DNA of 63,492 nt, counting the filler, from Octopus bimaculoides (lineage: Eukaryota): the NCBI RefSeq assembly GCF_001194135.2. It is 8 parts of 8 records of this genome, joined end to end, with 100 filler letters (N's around TTAATTAATTAA, not from the genome) between each part and the next. Parts side by side here need not be neighbours in the genome. Positions count along the whole stretch, not along the records: positions 35,489 to 46,249 come from NC_068989.1; positions 46,350 to 51,563 come from NC_069003.1; 6 more parts are not named here. One strand, 5' to 3'. This document shows, piece by piece, positions 37,668-50,559 of this stretch (its first letter is position 1; every line of letters begins with the position of its first letter). Both the position numbers and the translations under genes were made by a program. The notes beneath the pieces are model-generated. The model had not been told where the DNA came from. It made no database searches and saw only the letters and a list, made by a program, of their open reading frames with translations.

Positions 37668-39032
37668 TGTGTATGTATATATATATATATATATACATAT
37701 GCACACATACATACATACATACATACATACGTATATACATATCCGTATATGGGCACAGGACACCACAGAACGTAAACAACATGAAATGCGAAATACGAAA
37801 ACATGGAATACGAACATTTTTTTTGTGAACAACGAAAGAAACAAATGGAAAACAAGACAAGCAACATAAATACATCCCTCCATCAGTTGTCGGCTGTTCT
37901 ACTTCGTATTTCGAGCAAATCCCAATATACATTTGGACACGAAACTCTGCTTGCGAAGACCTGTTGGGGCAAGTGAAATCGAAATCGAAATCGTAATTGA
38001 ACCATATTCGATGACTGGCACCGGTGCCAGTGGAGCACTAACAGCACCCTCCGAGCGTGATCATTGCCAGAGCAGCTGTCTGGCTTCCGTGCCAGTGGCC
38101 CGTAAATAGCACCATTTGAGCGTAATCGTTACCAGCGTTGCCTTACTGGCNNNNNNNNNNNNNNNNNNNNNNNNNNNNNNNNNNNNNNNNNNNNNNNNNN
38201 NNNNNNNNNNNNNNNNNNNNNNNNNNNNNNNNNNNNNNNNNNNNNNNNNNNNNNNNNNNNNNNNNNNNNNNNNNNNNNNNNNNNNNNNNNNNNNNNNNNN
38301 NNNNNNNNNNNNNNNNNNNNNNNNNNNNNNNNNNNNNNNNNNNNNNNNNNNNNNNNNNNNNNNNNNNNNNNNNNNNNNNNNNNNNNNNNNNNNNNNNNNN
38401 NNNNNNNNNNNNNNNNNNNNNNNNNNNNNNNNNNNNNNNNNNNNNNNNNNNNNNNNNNNNNNNNNNNNNNNNNNNNNNNNNNNNNNNNNNNNNNNNNNNN
38501 NNNNNNNNNNNNNNNNNNNNNNNNNNNNNNNNNNNNNNNNNNNNNNNNNNNNNNNNNNNNNNNNNNNNNNNNNNNNNNNNNNNNNNNNNNNNNNNNNNNN
38601 NNNNNNNNNNNNNNNNNNNNNNNNNNNNNNNNNNNNNNNNNNNNNNNNNNNNNNNNNNNNNNNNNNNNNNNNNNNNNNNNNNNNNNNNNNNNNNNNNNNN
38701 NNNNNNNNNNNNNNNNNNNNNNNNNNNNNNNNNNNNNNNNNNNNNNNNNNNNNNNNNNNNNNNNNNNNNNNNNNNNNNNNNNNNNNNNNNNNNNNNNNNN
38801 NNNNNNNNNNNNNNNNNNNNNNNNNNNNNNNNNNNNNNNNNNNNNNNNNNNNNNNNNNNNNNNNNNNNNNNNNNNNNNNNNNNNNNNNNNNNNNNNNNNN
38901 NNNNNNNNNNNNNNNNNNNNNNNNNNNNNNNNNNNNNNNNNNNNNNNNNNNNNNNNNNNNNNNNNNNNNNNNNNNNNNNNNNNNNNNNNNNNNNNNNNNN
39001 NNNNNNNNNNNNNNNNNNNNNNNNNNNNNNNN

Positions 39033-39077
<45 letters not shown>

Positions 39078-39082
39078 GAGAG

Positions 39083-39380
39083 AGATTCAGATGAATTAGG
39101 TACTTAAGTTGAGACACCAGAATTTAGTTCGGTATTATCCATACAGCTTCAACGTAAGGTGATTAAAATCAAAATAAGCAACAAGATATCCAGAGTTAAT
39201 GCAGTACGATCGTTTCAAGCAACTCCATTTAATTGAACAGTGCAACCATTACATCAATTTAAATGCAGAGCAATCCTCAGCTGCATAAATACAGAGATCA
39301 AGCTTGTCACTGTTTTTTGAGGTCAGTTTTAATTTATAGTCTTGTTTATCAAATCTTTTTATATCAAAATTTAAAGGCCA
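39083..39380 (-). mobile_element. Internally deleted solo arm of the 2305-3250 foldback family
   Basis: Reverse complement of ~3050-3250 joined to ~2835-2890. Confidence 0.85.
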
Positions 39381-39600
39381 AGGAACAAGGAGCCGTGTCT
39401 GTTAGGAAAGGAGCTGAGGGAGTTGACAGAAATCATACTGTGTGTGTGTCTGTGTGTGAGTACATGCGTGCGCATGTGTGTGCGTGCGCGCGCGCGTATG
39501 CATGAATGTATGTTATCATATCTTCTCACGTGTTATTTCCAGTCTCTATCTAGCTCTAAGATTTAGTATTCTGTCATTTTCTCGCCTTATGTATGTACAG

Positions 39601-39674
<74 letters not shown>

Positions 39675-41066
39675 TCGTATGTATATACATATGCATATAC
39701 ATATGCATATATATATATATANNNNNNNNNNNNNNNNNNNNNNNNNNNNNNNNNNNNNNNNNNNNNNNNNNNNNNNNNNNNNNNNNNNNNNNNNNNNNNN
39801 NNNNNNNNNNNNNNNNNNNNNNNNNNNNNNNNNNNNNNNNNNNNNNNNNNNNNNNNNNNNNNNNNNNNNNNNNNNNNNNNNNNNNNNNNNNNNNNNNNNN
39901 NNNNNNNNNNNNNNNNNNNNNNNNNNNNNNNNNNNNNNNNNNNNNNNNNNNNNNNNNNNNNNNNNNNNNNNNNNNNNNNNNNNNNNNNNNNNNNNNNNNN
40001 NNNNNNNNNNNNNNNNNNNNNNNNNNNNNNNNNNNNNNNNNNNNNNNNNNNNNNNNNNNNNNNNNNNNNNNNNNNNNNNNNNNNNNNNNNNNNNNNNNNN
40101 NNNNNNNNNNNNNNNNNNNNNNNNNNNNNNNNNNNNNNNNNNNNNNNNNNNNNNNNNNNNNNNNNNNNNNNNNNNNNNNNNNNNNNNNNNNNNNNNNNNN
40201 NNNNNNNNNNNNNNNNNNNNNNNNNNNNNNNNNNNNNNNNNNNNNNNNNNNNNNNNNNNNNNNNNNNNNNNNNNNNNNNNNNNNNNNNNNNNNNNNNNNN
40301 NNNNNNNNNNNNNNNNNNNNNNNNNNNNNNNNNNNNNNNNNNNNNNNNNNNNNNNNNNNNNNNNNNNNNNNNNNNNNNNNNNNNNNNNNNNNNNNNNNNN
40401 NNNNNNNNNNNNNNNNNNNNNNNNNNNNNNNNNNNNNNNNNNNNNNNNNNNNNNNNNNNNNNNNNNNNNNNNNNNNNNNNNNNNNNATCACCACCACCAC
40501 CGTCACCCCCTGCTCAGTGAACCATTCATACACAACACAAGGAGTCATCCGTTTTCGGAGAGTAGGGCATCCGGTCTCTGATTACGCAACGATATTATGA
40601 TGATGGTGTTAGGCGGAGGAGTAGGGGAGGGGGAGAAAAGCAGGGAGGGGAGCACTTCCAGTTAACAACCAGCGGATGAAGTAATTGCTCTTCCCCCAGC
40701 CCACCTGCACTCCCCCGTAAACAACCACAACGCAAAACGAGAAATAAAAAGCAAAAAGAACATAAAGCAAAAAAAAAAAAAGGCCCAAAACACAGACAAA
40801 AAGACATAAAGTGGTAGATAGGAAAAAAAAAAAGAGGTTAAAGTTCATATAGGTTAGTGGCCATCATGAGAACTTGTCTGATTATCTTGTGGATTGGTGA
40901 AGTTGGGAAGAATAGCAATTTGTCACTGACTTAATGTAGTAACAGCACAACATTCTGCATCATATGTGTAAGTATGTGTGAGAATATGCACGCGCATACA
41001 CACATACATATGGCTAGGTGGATGTATCTATATATCTATGTATATCTATCTATCTATCTACCTATC

Positions 41067-41111
<45 letters not shown>

Positions 41112-41121
41112 NNNNNNNNNN

Positions 41122-41154
<33 letters not shown>

Positions 41155-41289
41155 TATAAATGTATGTATGTGTGTATGCATTATATATGTACGCGTGTGT
41201 GTTTTGTAGGAGGATGCGTTTCTTCACGACCGACAGGAAAAGTACTCAATAAAGAGTCTAGAGTATATCATTTAATAAACTCAGTTTGC

Positions 41290-41505
41290 AAGGCGGCGAG
41301 CTGACAGAATCGTTAACGCGCCGGACAAAATGCATAGCAGCATTTCGCCCGTCTTTAAGGATCTGAGTTCGAATTCCGCGGACATTTACTTTACCTTTTA
41401 TCCTTTCAGAGGCGATAAAGCAAGTATTATTTGAGCAGAAGGGAAGATGTAATCGACCATTCCTCCGAGATTGTTGGCCTCGTCTCAAAATTCGAAAGCA
41501 GAATA
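41290..41505 (+). mobile_element. SINE family B (decayed)
   Basis: GGCGGCGAGCTGACAGAATCGTTAACGCGCCGG...GAGTTCGAATTCC. Confidence 0.8.
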
Positions 41506-41750
41506 CTCAGTTTGTGTCTACTGTATTGCTATATAAGGTTTTGGGGTGTGTGGCTCTTTGGTAGGAAGTTTGCTTCCAAACTACATGGTTTTTGGTTTAG
41601 TCCCACTAAGTGGCATCTTAGGAAAGTGACTTCTGCTCTAGCATCGAGTCGACCAAAGATTATTCAATGGCTTTGGTTGACGGAAACTGAAAGAAGCTCG
41701 TCGTATATGTTTGTGTGTGTGTGGTGTATGCATGCATGTATGTATGTATG

Positions 41751-41799
<49 letters not shown>

Positions 41800-41965
41800 T
41801 TATGTATGTATGTATAATACAAAATGGGACAAGAACGCAAAACATCGGTGATACAAAAATGGGACAACAAAACATCCGGATAGACGATACAAAAAATTTT
41901 TTTTTAAAGTATGGGTCATTCGAAGTTTTCCTTCCTCAGTCGAATACCAGATTATCTTCGCAATT

Positions 41966-42006
<41 letters not shown>

Positions 42007-42108
42007 NNNNNNNNNNNNNNNNNNNNNNNNNNNNNNNNNNNNNNNNNNNNNNNNNNNNNNNNNNNNNNNNNNNNNNNNNNNNNNNNNNCGTACATATATA
42101 TTTATGTA

Positions 42109-42150
<42 letters not shown>

Positions 42151-43408
42151 TGTGTGTATTCTCGAAATATATCACATACAGTTATAAAGAATAACATTTA
42201 TTTATTGGGTCGAGAAATCTTTTGGATAGAAAATGTCGAAGGCAGCCTTAGCAGTTTGGCAAAAGCAACTGATAGAATAAGCACCAGCTTTTATGACAAT
42301 AAGTACTGGGGGCAATATGTTCCCGCAAAACCCTTCAAGGTGGTGCACCAGCATGGCCACTGTCCGATAAGAGAAACTAGTTAAAAGATAAAAGACAAGC
42401 TAACACCGCAACACATTTATTTTATCCATTTTATTGATCGTGTCAGGCTGTATAGTTTCCGTATATCTTTTACAATGTTGGGGTACTACAAGTGATTCTT
42501 TAGAAAGTTTATGGTAAATCACTTGAAGAACATAACTTCATCTTCGAAGGGGACACTGGTTCGTTTTGCTGAAATTTGTATTTTGATTTTGTAATTATCC
42601 TGTTTGCGTATCCAATGTTACTGACACCAGTGTACGTAGAAAAGATTCAACGTTGATTTTGTTTTTATACAAACATATAAAAACAGTTTCTTCTTTTCTA
42701 CCTAATGTGGTGGCATCCATAATTAGCATCTTTAAGTTTTCAGGTGTGCATAAATTACAGGTCCTGTCACATCTAACATGAATATACTTTTTCAATGATC
42801 CTCTTTATTACCATAGGATTGTTTTCCACTCTTGATTTTAACGTACCATATGTATTATGATAAGGAAGCGAATATGATGTTGTCTTTATAATTATTATGT
42901 ATATCGTAGTTTGAAAGTGCTTTTGTTTATCCCAAATGTGTCTTTTCTATTTTAAAAAAGGAACGTTTAAAAATTACTCTAATAATTTTCCAAACCTGTT
43001 CAATAGCATTTTTCACCCTTCAAAAACTCAATATGTATGACACGATAAAATTAATACTATATAGAAATACATACAGCAAATTAATATTAAGCGATATAAA
43101 TTACACCCTATAAAACAAGCAACAATCTCAAATATGTATTAGCTAATAAATAACAGAGTGAGATTTTCAGCTACACATCTAAATTTAGAAGTCAAGGTAC
43201 AATGTTTCACTTGGTGAAAACATTACTTAACAGTAAAGAACCATTGTTATAATTTTATATCTAACCCAAAATGCAAACTTGTTAACCCAACCCGTAAATA
43301 GGTAATAAACACATACTTGATTGTATAAAATCTAAAATCTGATGAATATAAATCAATTACAATAGAACTATAGTAGCACTTCATTTAAGTAGCTTAACAA
43401 TACTGAAT

Positions 43409-43477
43409 GACATCTCATGTCTGAAAGACAACTCGTGTCTGAAAGACAACTCATGTCTGAAAGACAACTCATGTCTG
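43409..43477. repeat. 18-bp minisatellite, ~4 copies (GACAACTCATGTCTGAAA)
   Basis: Direct reading; each unit contains GACA...TGTC. Confidence 0.9.
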
Positions 43478-43939
43478 CAGTTCGATATTGTAAAATACTA
43501 CCTTCTCATTTCTAAACACTTTCCTCTGAAAACCGCTGTATTCAGGAAGAAAAAAATACACCATCATAACTGAAGCTGACTAAGCAAGGCCGTTATTACT
43601 TTATGCCAACTCTTAGTCAAGTATCGCAAAAAATGAACATTTCAATGTAACCAGGCATAACATTCGTCGGAGAGTGAATATTGGATTTAGTCACATTGTA
43701 CCTACTACATAGACGAAAAAAAAAACATCAGAATGTAAGCCAGTAACATAGGACAATAGAGAGATGATGGACTGGCCGTACCCCACAATCTGAATGGTCA
43801 TATGAACTCAGAGTAAAATGCGAACCTAGAAGCAGTAAATAATTTAAACACTTCATTAGATCGAGACACAGGAAAATGGCGACCTTATTGAAAATCAAAC
43901 AGAAAAACAATATAAAGCTACAAACAATAATAAGGTTAA

Positions 43940-44560
43940 GATGGATGGATGGATGGATGGATGGATGGATGGATGGATGGGTGGATAGATAGATGGAATA
44001 AGGGAAGGATGGTGAGATTAAGGATAGATGGTGGGAGGGAGGAAGGGTGGTGAGCGGTAAAGAGGGATGGAGAGAGAAAGGAGAGACTGGATGACGGATG
44101 GGTGGATTGGTGGATGCGTGGATGAGCGCATGGGTGGATGGGTGAATAGATGGATCGATGGATCGATGGATGGTTAGATGGATGGATGGTTGGATGGATG
44201 GATGGTTAAATGAGTGAGTGGATATGCGTATCTAAGCATGGATAGCTGGGTGGATTGAGTTGGTAGGAGGAGGGTTAGTTGTAATGATGGAGGGCTGAAT
44301 GGAAAGGGGTTTGGATGTATAGGTAGGTGATCGAGTGAATGAACGGATCCATGGATCGATGGGTGCATGGTTGGATGGATAGACAAAGGGCTAGAATGAT
44401 GGGTGGAGTGGATTTTGGAATGGTCAGTGGATGATGGTTCGATGGTGTGGTAGGTCTGATTGTATTGATGAACTGATGGATGGACGCGAAAAAAAAATCG
44501 ATAGATAGTCAGGTGACAGATGTACGGATGGGTGGATAGACACGGACTAGGACGAGTGAT
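43940..44560. repeat. Degenerate (GGAT)n purine-rich array
   Basis: Direct reading. Confidence 0.85.
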
Positions 44561-44621
44561 ACGATAATGAGTGATGGATAATGAGTGACGGTTGACGGTT
44601 GTTAATATAAATAACAGAAAG

Positions 44622-45500
44622 GTAGTGAGCTGGCAGAAGCGTTAGCACGCCGGACGAAATGCTTAGCGGTATTTCGTCTGCCGTTACGTTCTGAGTTCAA
44701 ATTCCGCCGAAGTCGACTTTGCCTTTCATCCTTTCAGGGTCGATAAATTAAGTACCAGTTACACATTGGGGTCGATGTAATCGACTTAATCCCTTTGTCT
44801 GTCTCTTTTTGTCCCCTCTATGTTTAGCCCCTTGTGGGCAATAAAGAAATAGGAAACGTTAGCATGCCGGGCGAGATGCTTAGCGGTATTTCGTCTGCCG
44901 TTACGTTNNNNNNNNNNATTCCGCCGAAGTCGACTTTGCCTTTCATCCTTTCGGAGTCGATAAATTAAGTACCAGCTGCGTACTGGGGTCGATCTAATCG
45001 GCTGACCCCCCCTCCCCATCCCAAAAATTTCGGACCTTGTGCCTAGAGTAGAAAAGAATATAAATGACCGAGACTAGTCCGCCGAAATCGACAATGCGTT
45101 TGATTCTGTAGAGATCGATAAAATAAGTGCCAGCTGAATACTGAGTCGATGTAATCGACTTACTCCTTCCCTAAAATTGCTGGCCCTGTGCCAAAGTTTG
45201 AAATCAGTATTAAATGACCGAAGCAGTATGGTGAGCTGGCAGAAGCGTTAGCGTGCAGCGCGATATGCTTAACAGGATTTCGTCCTTTTTTTTTATGACC
45301 CGAGTTCAAATTCTGCCGAAGTCGACTTTGCTTTTCATCTATTCAGGGTCAATAAAATAAGTACCTGTTCAACACTGGGGTCGATATAATCGACTTAATC
45401 CGTTTGTCTGTCCTTGTTTGTCCCCTCTGTGTGTAGCCCCTTTAAATAACACTGGGGTCGATGTAATCGACTTACCCCTCCGCCGATATTGCTGGCCTTG
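44622..45500 (+). mobile_element. Cluster of 4-5 same-orientation SINE family B copies and fragments
   Basis: Heads at ~44625, ~44855 and ~45230; repeated GTCGACTTTGCCTTTCATCC and CTGGGGTCGATGTAATCGACT blocks. Confidence 0.85.
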
Positions 45501-45829
45501 TACTCGTGACTCAGACATTGGATGAGTTTGATGTTTAAGCGATGGATTTGTAATGAATTAATTGTAGATAAGCCAAGGATGAAAGATTGATGCGTTCCAG
45601 GAATGTTGCTAATTATTGAGAGAGTGTGTGATCGTTAATTATTATTAATTTATTAATTAACATGTTTAGACCATTTGATGTGACATTTATGGGTTTCTGA
45701 GAACCCACTTTCTCTTGACTTCACAGGATCCTACTCAACTATCAGCAGGTTATACACATTTAACCATATTTGGACCCCCTAAAGTCACAACACCTACGCC
45801 TCACTAGTGCTCCCACCCATTCCTTGCAG

Positions 45830-45845
45830 TAGTAGCAGTAGTAGC

Positions 45846-45886
<41 letters not shown>

Positions 45887-46249
45887 GGGTGATGATGGTT
45901 GTAGTAGTAGTAGTGGTGGTATGGTGGTTGTGGTGATGGTACCAGCAGCAACAGTAGTTGTAGTAGTAGTAGTGATGATAATGGTGGTGGGGTGGGGTGA
46001 TGATGGTGATGATGTCGCCGTGGTAATGGTGTACTGAGGGCGGTGGTGGTGTTGATACTGAGATGGTGGTGGTGGTGGTGATGTCATTGTCGGTGATGGA
46101 GGTGACGATTGTGATAATGGAGGTGATGGTGGCGGCGCTGGTATGGTGGTGTTGGCGGTATGGCGGTGGTGGTACCGGCGGTGGCATTGGCAGTGATATG
46201 TTGGTGGCGGTGGTATGTTGGTGGCGGTGGTGGTGGTGGTGGTGGTGGT
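45830..46249. repeat. (GTA)n/(GTG)n trinucleotide low-complexity array
   Basis: Direct reading. Confidence 0.9.
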
Positions 46250-46545
46250 NNNNNNNNNNNNNNNNNNNNNNNNNNNNNNNNNNNNNNNNNNNNTTAATTA
46301 ATTAANNNNNNNNNNNNNNNNNNNNNNNNNNNNNNNNNNNNNNNNNNNNTGTATATAAATTCATTAGTTACTATAATTTATTAGTTTCTTTTGCATATTC
46401 TTAGTTTATGCATGTGTATGCAAATATAGTATTGGTATATCCCATTTATGTTGATTAAAAATTAAATAAATAAAGAATTTTGACATGTACGAATATTTAT
46501 TTCCCCCCATTGTATATATATATATTTCAAAAATTTAACAAAAGC

Positions 46546-46586
<41 letters not shown>

Positions 46587-47036
46587 ACACACAATGGCCT
46601 ACATCACATCACATCTGTCCCTCTCAATATATAGGAGTAAGTAGAAATCAGTGGAAGAACATTATCAGTGCCTTGCCAACAAATTAGAAGTAACAATAAC
46701 TATTAATAGCAAATATATATATATATGAATGTGTGTTTAGAGATAGTGCATAGGTAAAATACATGCATGAACAACAATTTTCAAGAAGCAGGCCACATAA
46801 GCCATGGCTCATCATCATGTGGGCTGCACTACAAAATACAATTCAAGGTATAATTTGTTCGTTGATGTGCCATTCATAAAGTCCTGCATGCGGTTTTGCC
46901 CATCCTATGCCACAGGATACAGGGGTTCTAATGCAGAACAATGGACTACTGAGCTCTAACTAAACTCAACTGATGTCATTGCACGCTAGGACATTGTTTA
47001 CACATACACACTGTGTGTATGAGTGTATATATTCCT

Positions 47037-47409
47037 TCACTTGTTTCAGTTATTTGACTGCGACCATTCTGGAGCATCGACTTGAAGGGTTTTAGTCAAG
47101 CCTCATTCTATTGGTCTCTTTTGTCAAACTGCTAACTTACGAGGATGTAAACAAACCAACACCTGTCATCAAGCAGTGATGGGGGTAGACAGACACACAC
47201 ACATACATAAATATCTCAAATGGATGTCTTATAAAACTATTCCATTCATACATATACAACAGGTTTCTTTCAGTTTCCATCTATCAAATCCACTCACAGG
47301 CCTTTGGTCGGCCTGAGACTATAGTAGAAGACACTGGCCCAAGGTGTCACGCAGTGGGACTGAACCTGGAATCAGGTGGTTGGGAAGCCAGCTTCTTACC
47401 CCACAGCTA
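47037..47409 (-). mobile_element. SINE family A (older copy)
   Basis: Reverse complement of the family A consensus seen at 11668. Confidence 0.85.
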
Positions 47410-47411
47410 CA

Positions 47412-47640
47412 ACAGAAAAAGTTCGTCCTGCATGTCTCTGAAGATGATCAGAATAAGAGCTTTACACTTTCTGGGTTTTGTGGTGACTTATTAGACTAAT
47501 ATTTGCACAAAATACAGAGTTACAGTATGAACACGTAATAGCAGAGTCAGGACTCCATGAGACCCTCGCTTTCCCTGCAGCTTTCTTCCCTTTAGCTTCT
47601 CTGATCACACAACATGAGCATACCTACACAACTGCAACCC
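47412..47640 (-). mobile_element. RTE-clade LINE 3' end (C-terminal C2H2-like finger and 3'UTR)
   Basis: Minus strand SPDSAITCSYCNSVFCANISLISHHKTQKV* resembles the RTE terminal 'C..C...F.A.IGL.SH...' motif. The short 3'UTR ends ..AGGACGAAC. Confidence 0.6.
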
Positions 47641-48874
47641 ATGACTTTATTTTCTCATAGCTTCCAGAAAACTGTATATTTTTTAATGATTTTTTAAAAA
47701 AATATGCTTCAGATGGTGTAGATTCTGATTAAACTGTTATTTGGGCAAAAAATTTTCCCTGAGTAGAGAGAGGGATTTCGGAATATTCATATGTTCGTTT
47801 TGTTTCCTCATACCTTTCAGAAAATGGGTATTTTGTAATGAAATTTTCTACAAATACTTTTCAGAGTGTGTAAATTACAATTATCCTGGAATTTTCAAGA
47901 TAAATAAGGCGGTTAATATCTAGATCTAGATATTGACCAAATAGGCAGTACCCCAGCATGGGCACAGTCTAATGAATGAAACAGGTAAAAGAAGCAAAAG
48001 ATTAAATTCCGATATAATTGGAATCTACATCATGTGAAACGGATTTGTAGAGAATTTCATTAAAAAATATCCATTTTTCAGAAACAAAGCCAACTCCTGT
48101 GAATCTTCTGAAACTTCTCTCCCCACCCACGGAAAAAAAAATTTTGAAGGAATTTCAGTTTAAGCACCCCATATTTCTTTCATTAAAACATATTTACTGG
48201 AATGATAATGCACCCGCAAGTGGTCCATTGCTGTGATTTAAGCAGAAAATTCGAAAACTAGTGGAACTTTCAGGATTTATGGGAAAGTGGAGGAGTTTAA
48301 AAAATTTTTTAATATTTTTTTCATGATCGTATCAATTCGCCAAAATTTTCTAAAAATTCCAAAACAAAAATAAACAGTTATGAAGGATTGTATTTAGCAG
48401 GTATGCCTCTCGGCATATTCGTTTAGTGTTGATTGTCGGAAAAAGAAGAGTACTCAATACCATAGTAGAGGATTAATAATTTATTTTGGTCGAGTCAGTC
48501 TCAAAGGCAAATAGATAAGGATCGTGGTGAAACAGTCCCCAACAAGCAGTTTCCCTCCAGCATGGATCACAAAGTCTATGGTCGCATGTGTTGAAATACA
48601 CGAAATAGCCGGTTGGCGGAAAAAGGGTTATGAATATTTTTTTTTAATAATAATGTTGCAGTAGTATAATTATTTTTGCGGTAATGTTTTAAAAAAATGT
48701 GGCTAGCACATGGCGCGAGAAAGAAAAAGTAACAGAGAAAGAGAAGGAACTAGAAGACTGCGAAATAAAGTGTGGTGGGGAGACAATGAGCAGGGAGGAA
48801 AACGGAGAAGATAAACAAACAGAGGGTGCAAGATGAAGATGTGAAGAGGAGAAAAAATTTTTTATACAACTTAC

Positions 48875-49267
48875 GCCATTCTCTCTCCTATACTCCACGT
48901 GCATTCCCTCCATGGCAATCTTCTTGAGGTTTAAGTGACATCGAGTATTGAAACTGCACACCACGTTGTTGATAATAATGTCTACGATGGGTTGGTCATC
49001 CTCAGACCCAGCAGTGGAATCAGGTTCGGTGCCCATGCCTGGTTGTTGATGTCCTGAGGACGTAATGTCTGTACAATTGTTGTGAGATTGCTGCTGTTGT
49101 GGTTGTTCTCCTTCCTCGCGGTTGGTGATCATTGTTGTTGTAGAATTACTGCTATCGTTGTTGTTTAGTACTTCTTGTCCGGTTGAACCCAGGGAAGGTG
49201 TGAGAGAGACAGAAGTCAGAGACGATACTGTGTTGCCGGCAAACTGGCTGCCGAGGGGAGAAGCCAT
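48875..49267 (-). CDS. TBPL1: TBP-related factor 2 (TBP-like protein 1 / TLF), first coding exon (partial gene)
   Basis: Acceptor TTTGTTCGCAG| (exon starts 49329), ATG at 49267, donor GGC|GTAAGT at 48875 (phase 0); 131 codons. Ends VDIIINNVVCSFNTRCHLNLKKIAMEGMHVEYRRENG, the start of the TRF2-type core repeat (DI.INNVVCSF...CHL.L..IA..G.NVEYRRENG), which is distinct from TBP (LQNIVST). Confidence 0.88.
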
Positions 49268-50559
49268 TGTGTCTGTTTCAAACAGCGGATACGAACTGAG
49301 GATGGGGACAGAACTCACCACCACTAACACTGCGAACAAATAAACGCATGCATATATTATTATACACGCGGGTATATATAATAAACATGCATCTATTTGT
49401 GCATATGCACCAATACTATTTATACGTCTATTATATATGTGTGTGAGAGAGAGAGTGTGTGTGTGTCCGTTTTGTTTTAACAACTATTTCCGGAAGGGAG
49501 TGCTGATTATTTTTGTGTTTTTGTTCTTCTAGTCTTCTTTTTTCGGTGTTAAAATAAAAGAATTGAAATACCTAAACATATACATTAATACAAATACACT
49601 GCGAAGCCATAAACACGGGAAAAATTAGCACACGACATACTTATAGAAATATATATATATATATATATATATATGAGTTGTAGAGTGCAGCAAGGTTTAG
49701 AGCTGATTGACAGAAGGAAGATTCGTGTGGAAGAAAAGCAGGAGAGGAGACTAGATTCAGGTATAAAAAAATAATAAAGGCTACAATAAGAATTTAAAGG
49801 GCTATGGCATAATAAAAATATGATGTAAGATGGACTTAGAAAAAAGGAGGAAACAGGAAGAGAAATAAGAATCCGAATGTGGACGGAGAAATTCTGTGAA
49901 AGCGGTAAAAATTAGTTGTAATAGTATTTTTGTGGCTAGTGATGTCTCTTACTAGTTTTCTTCAATTCATTCCACTTCTTTATTTCTTTCCTGTTCATTC
50001 TTGAGAATGAGACAAAAATAAAATAAATGGAACGTAACAAAGATTTAAATAATAAAAAAAGGTAGAGAGTCGAATTTGTGAATGTAAAAGTGGTAGATGT
50101 GTGGTGTGTGTCTTAGTAGCGAAATTTTCCCCTCTGCAATGTTATAAACTTTAAATGTTTTATCTATCATATATAATTATTCATTTTTTAATATATACAT
50201 GTCGTGTTATATCGCTGTACCCACGAAGTGTTGGTGTGTTTCTATAAGTTGTGTGTGATATGGATAAACAAATTAAAAAGTAAAGTTTGAATGATGTGGG
50301 GTTTTGTCTCTGTGAGTATGGTCTTTATATATTAAGGTACTGTCGACTTGTTTTTTTGTATTCCCGATGTATTAAAATATATTTTGTTCTAACCAAACTT
50401 CCACAAATAGAAATATTTAAACACAAAACAACAGATATATTACTATATTATCATTAGAAAATAATAATAATAAATACAATAATGTAAGTTTTATAATTAC
50501 AAAGGTTTTAGGGGGGAATGCTCAAAGTGAGAGAAGAAAGGTTTTGTTAAAAGCAACAC

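Noticed and set aside
40515-40590. HNTRSHPF, resembling the CR1/L2 C-terminal TRGH motif
   Set aside because: Too short and next to a gap; cannot be supported.
43409-43477. CRISPR-like appearance of the palindromic 18-bp repeats
   Set aside because: No unique spacers, eukaryotic context and no cas genes.
45760-46305. Poly-S/T/H/V/Y ORFs; also 33511-33726, 55745-56017 and 56229-56453
   Set aside because: Trinucleotide repeats open in several frames; no coding evidence.
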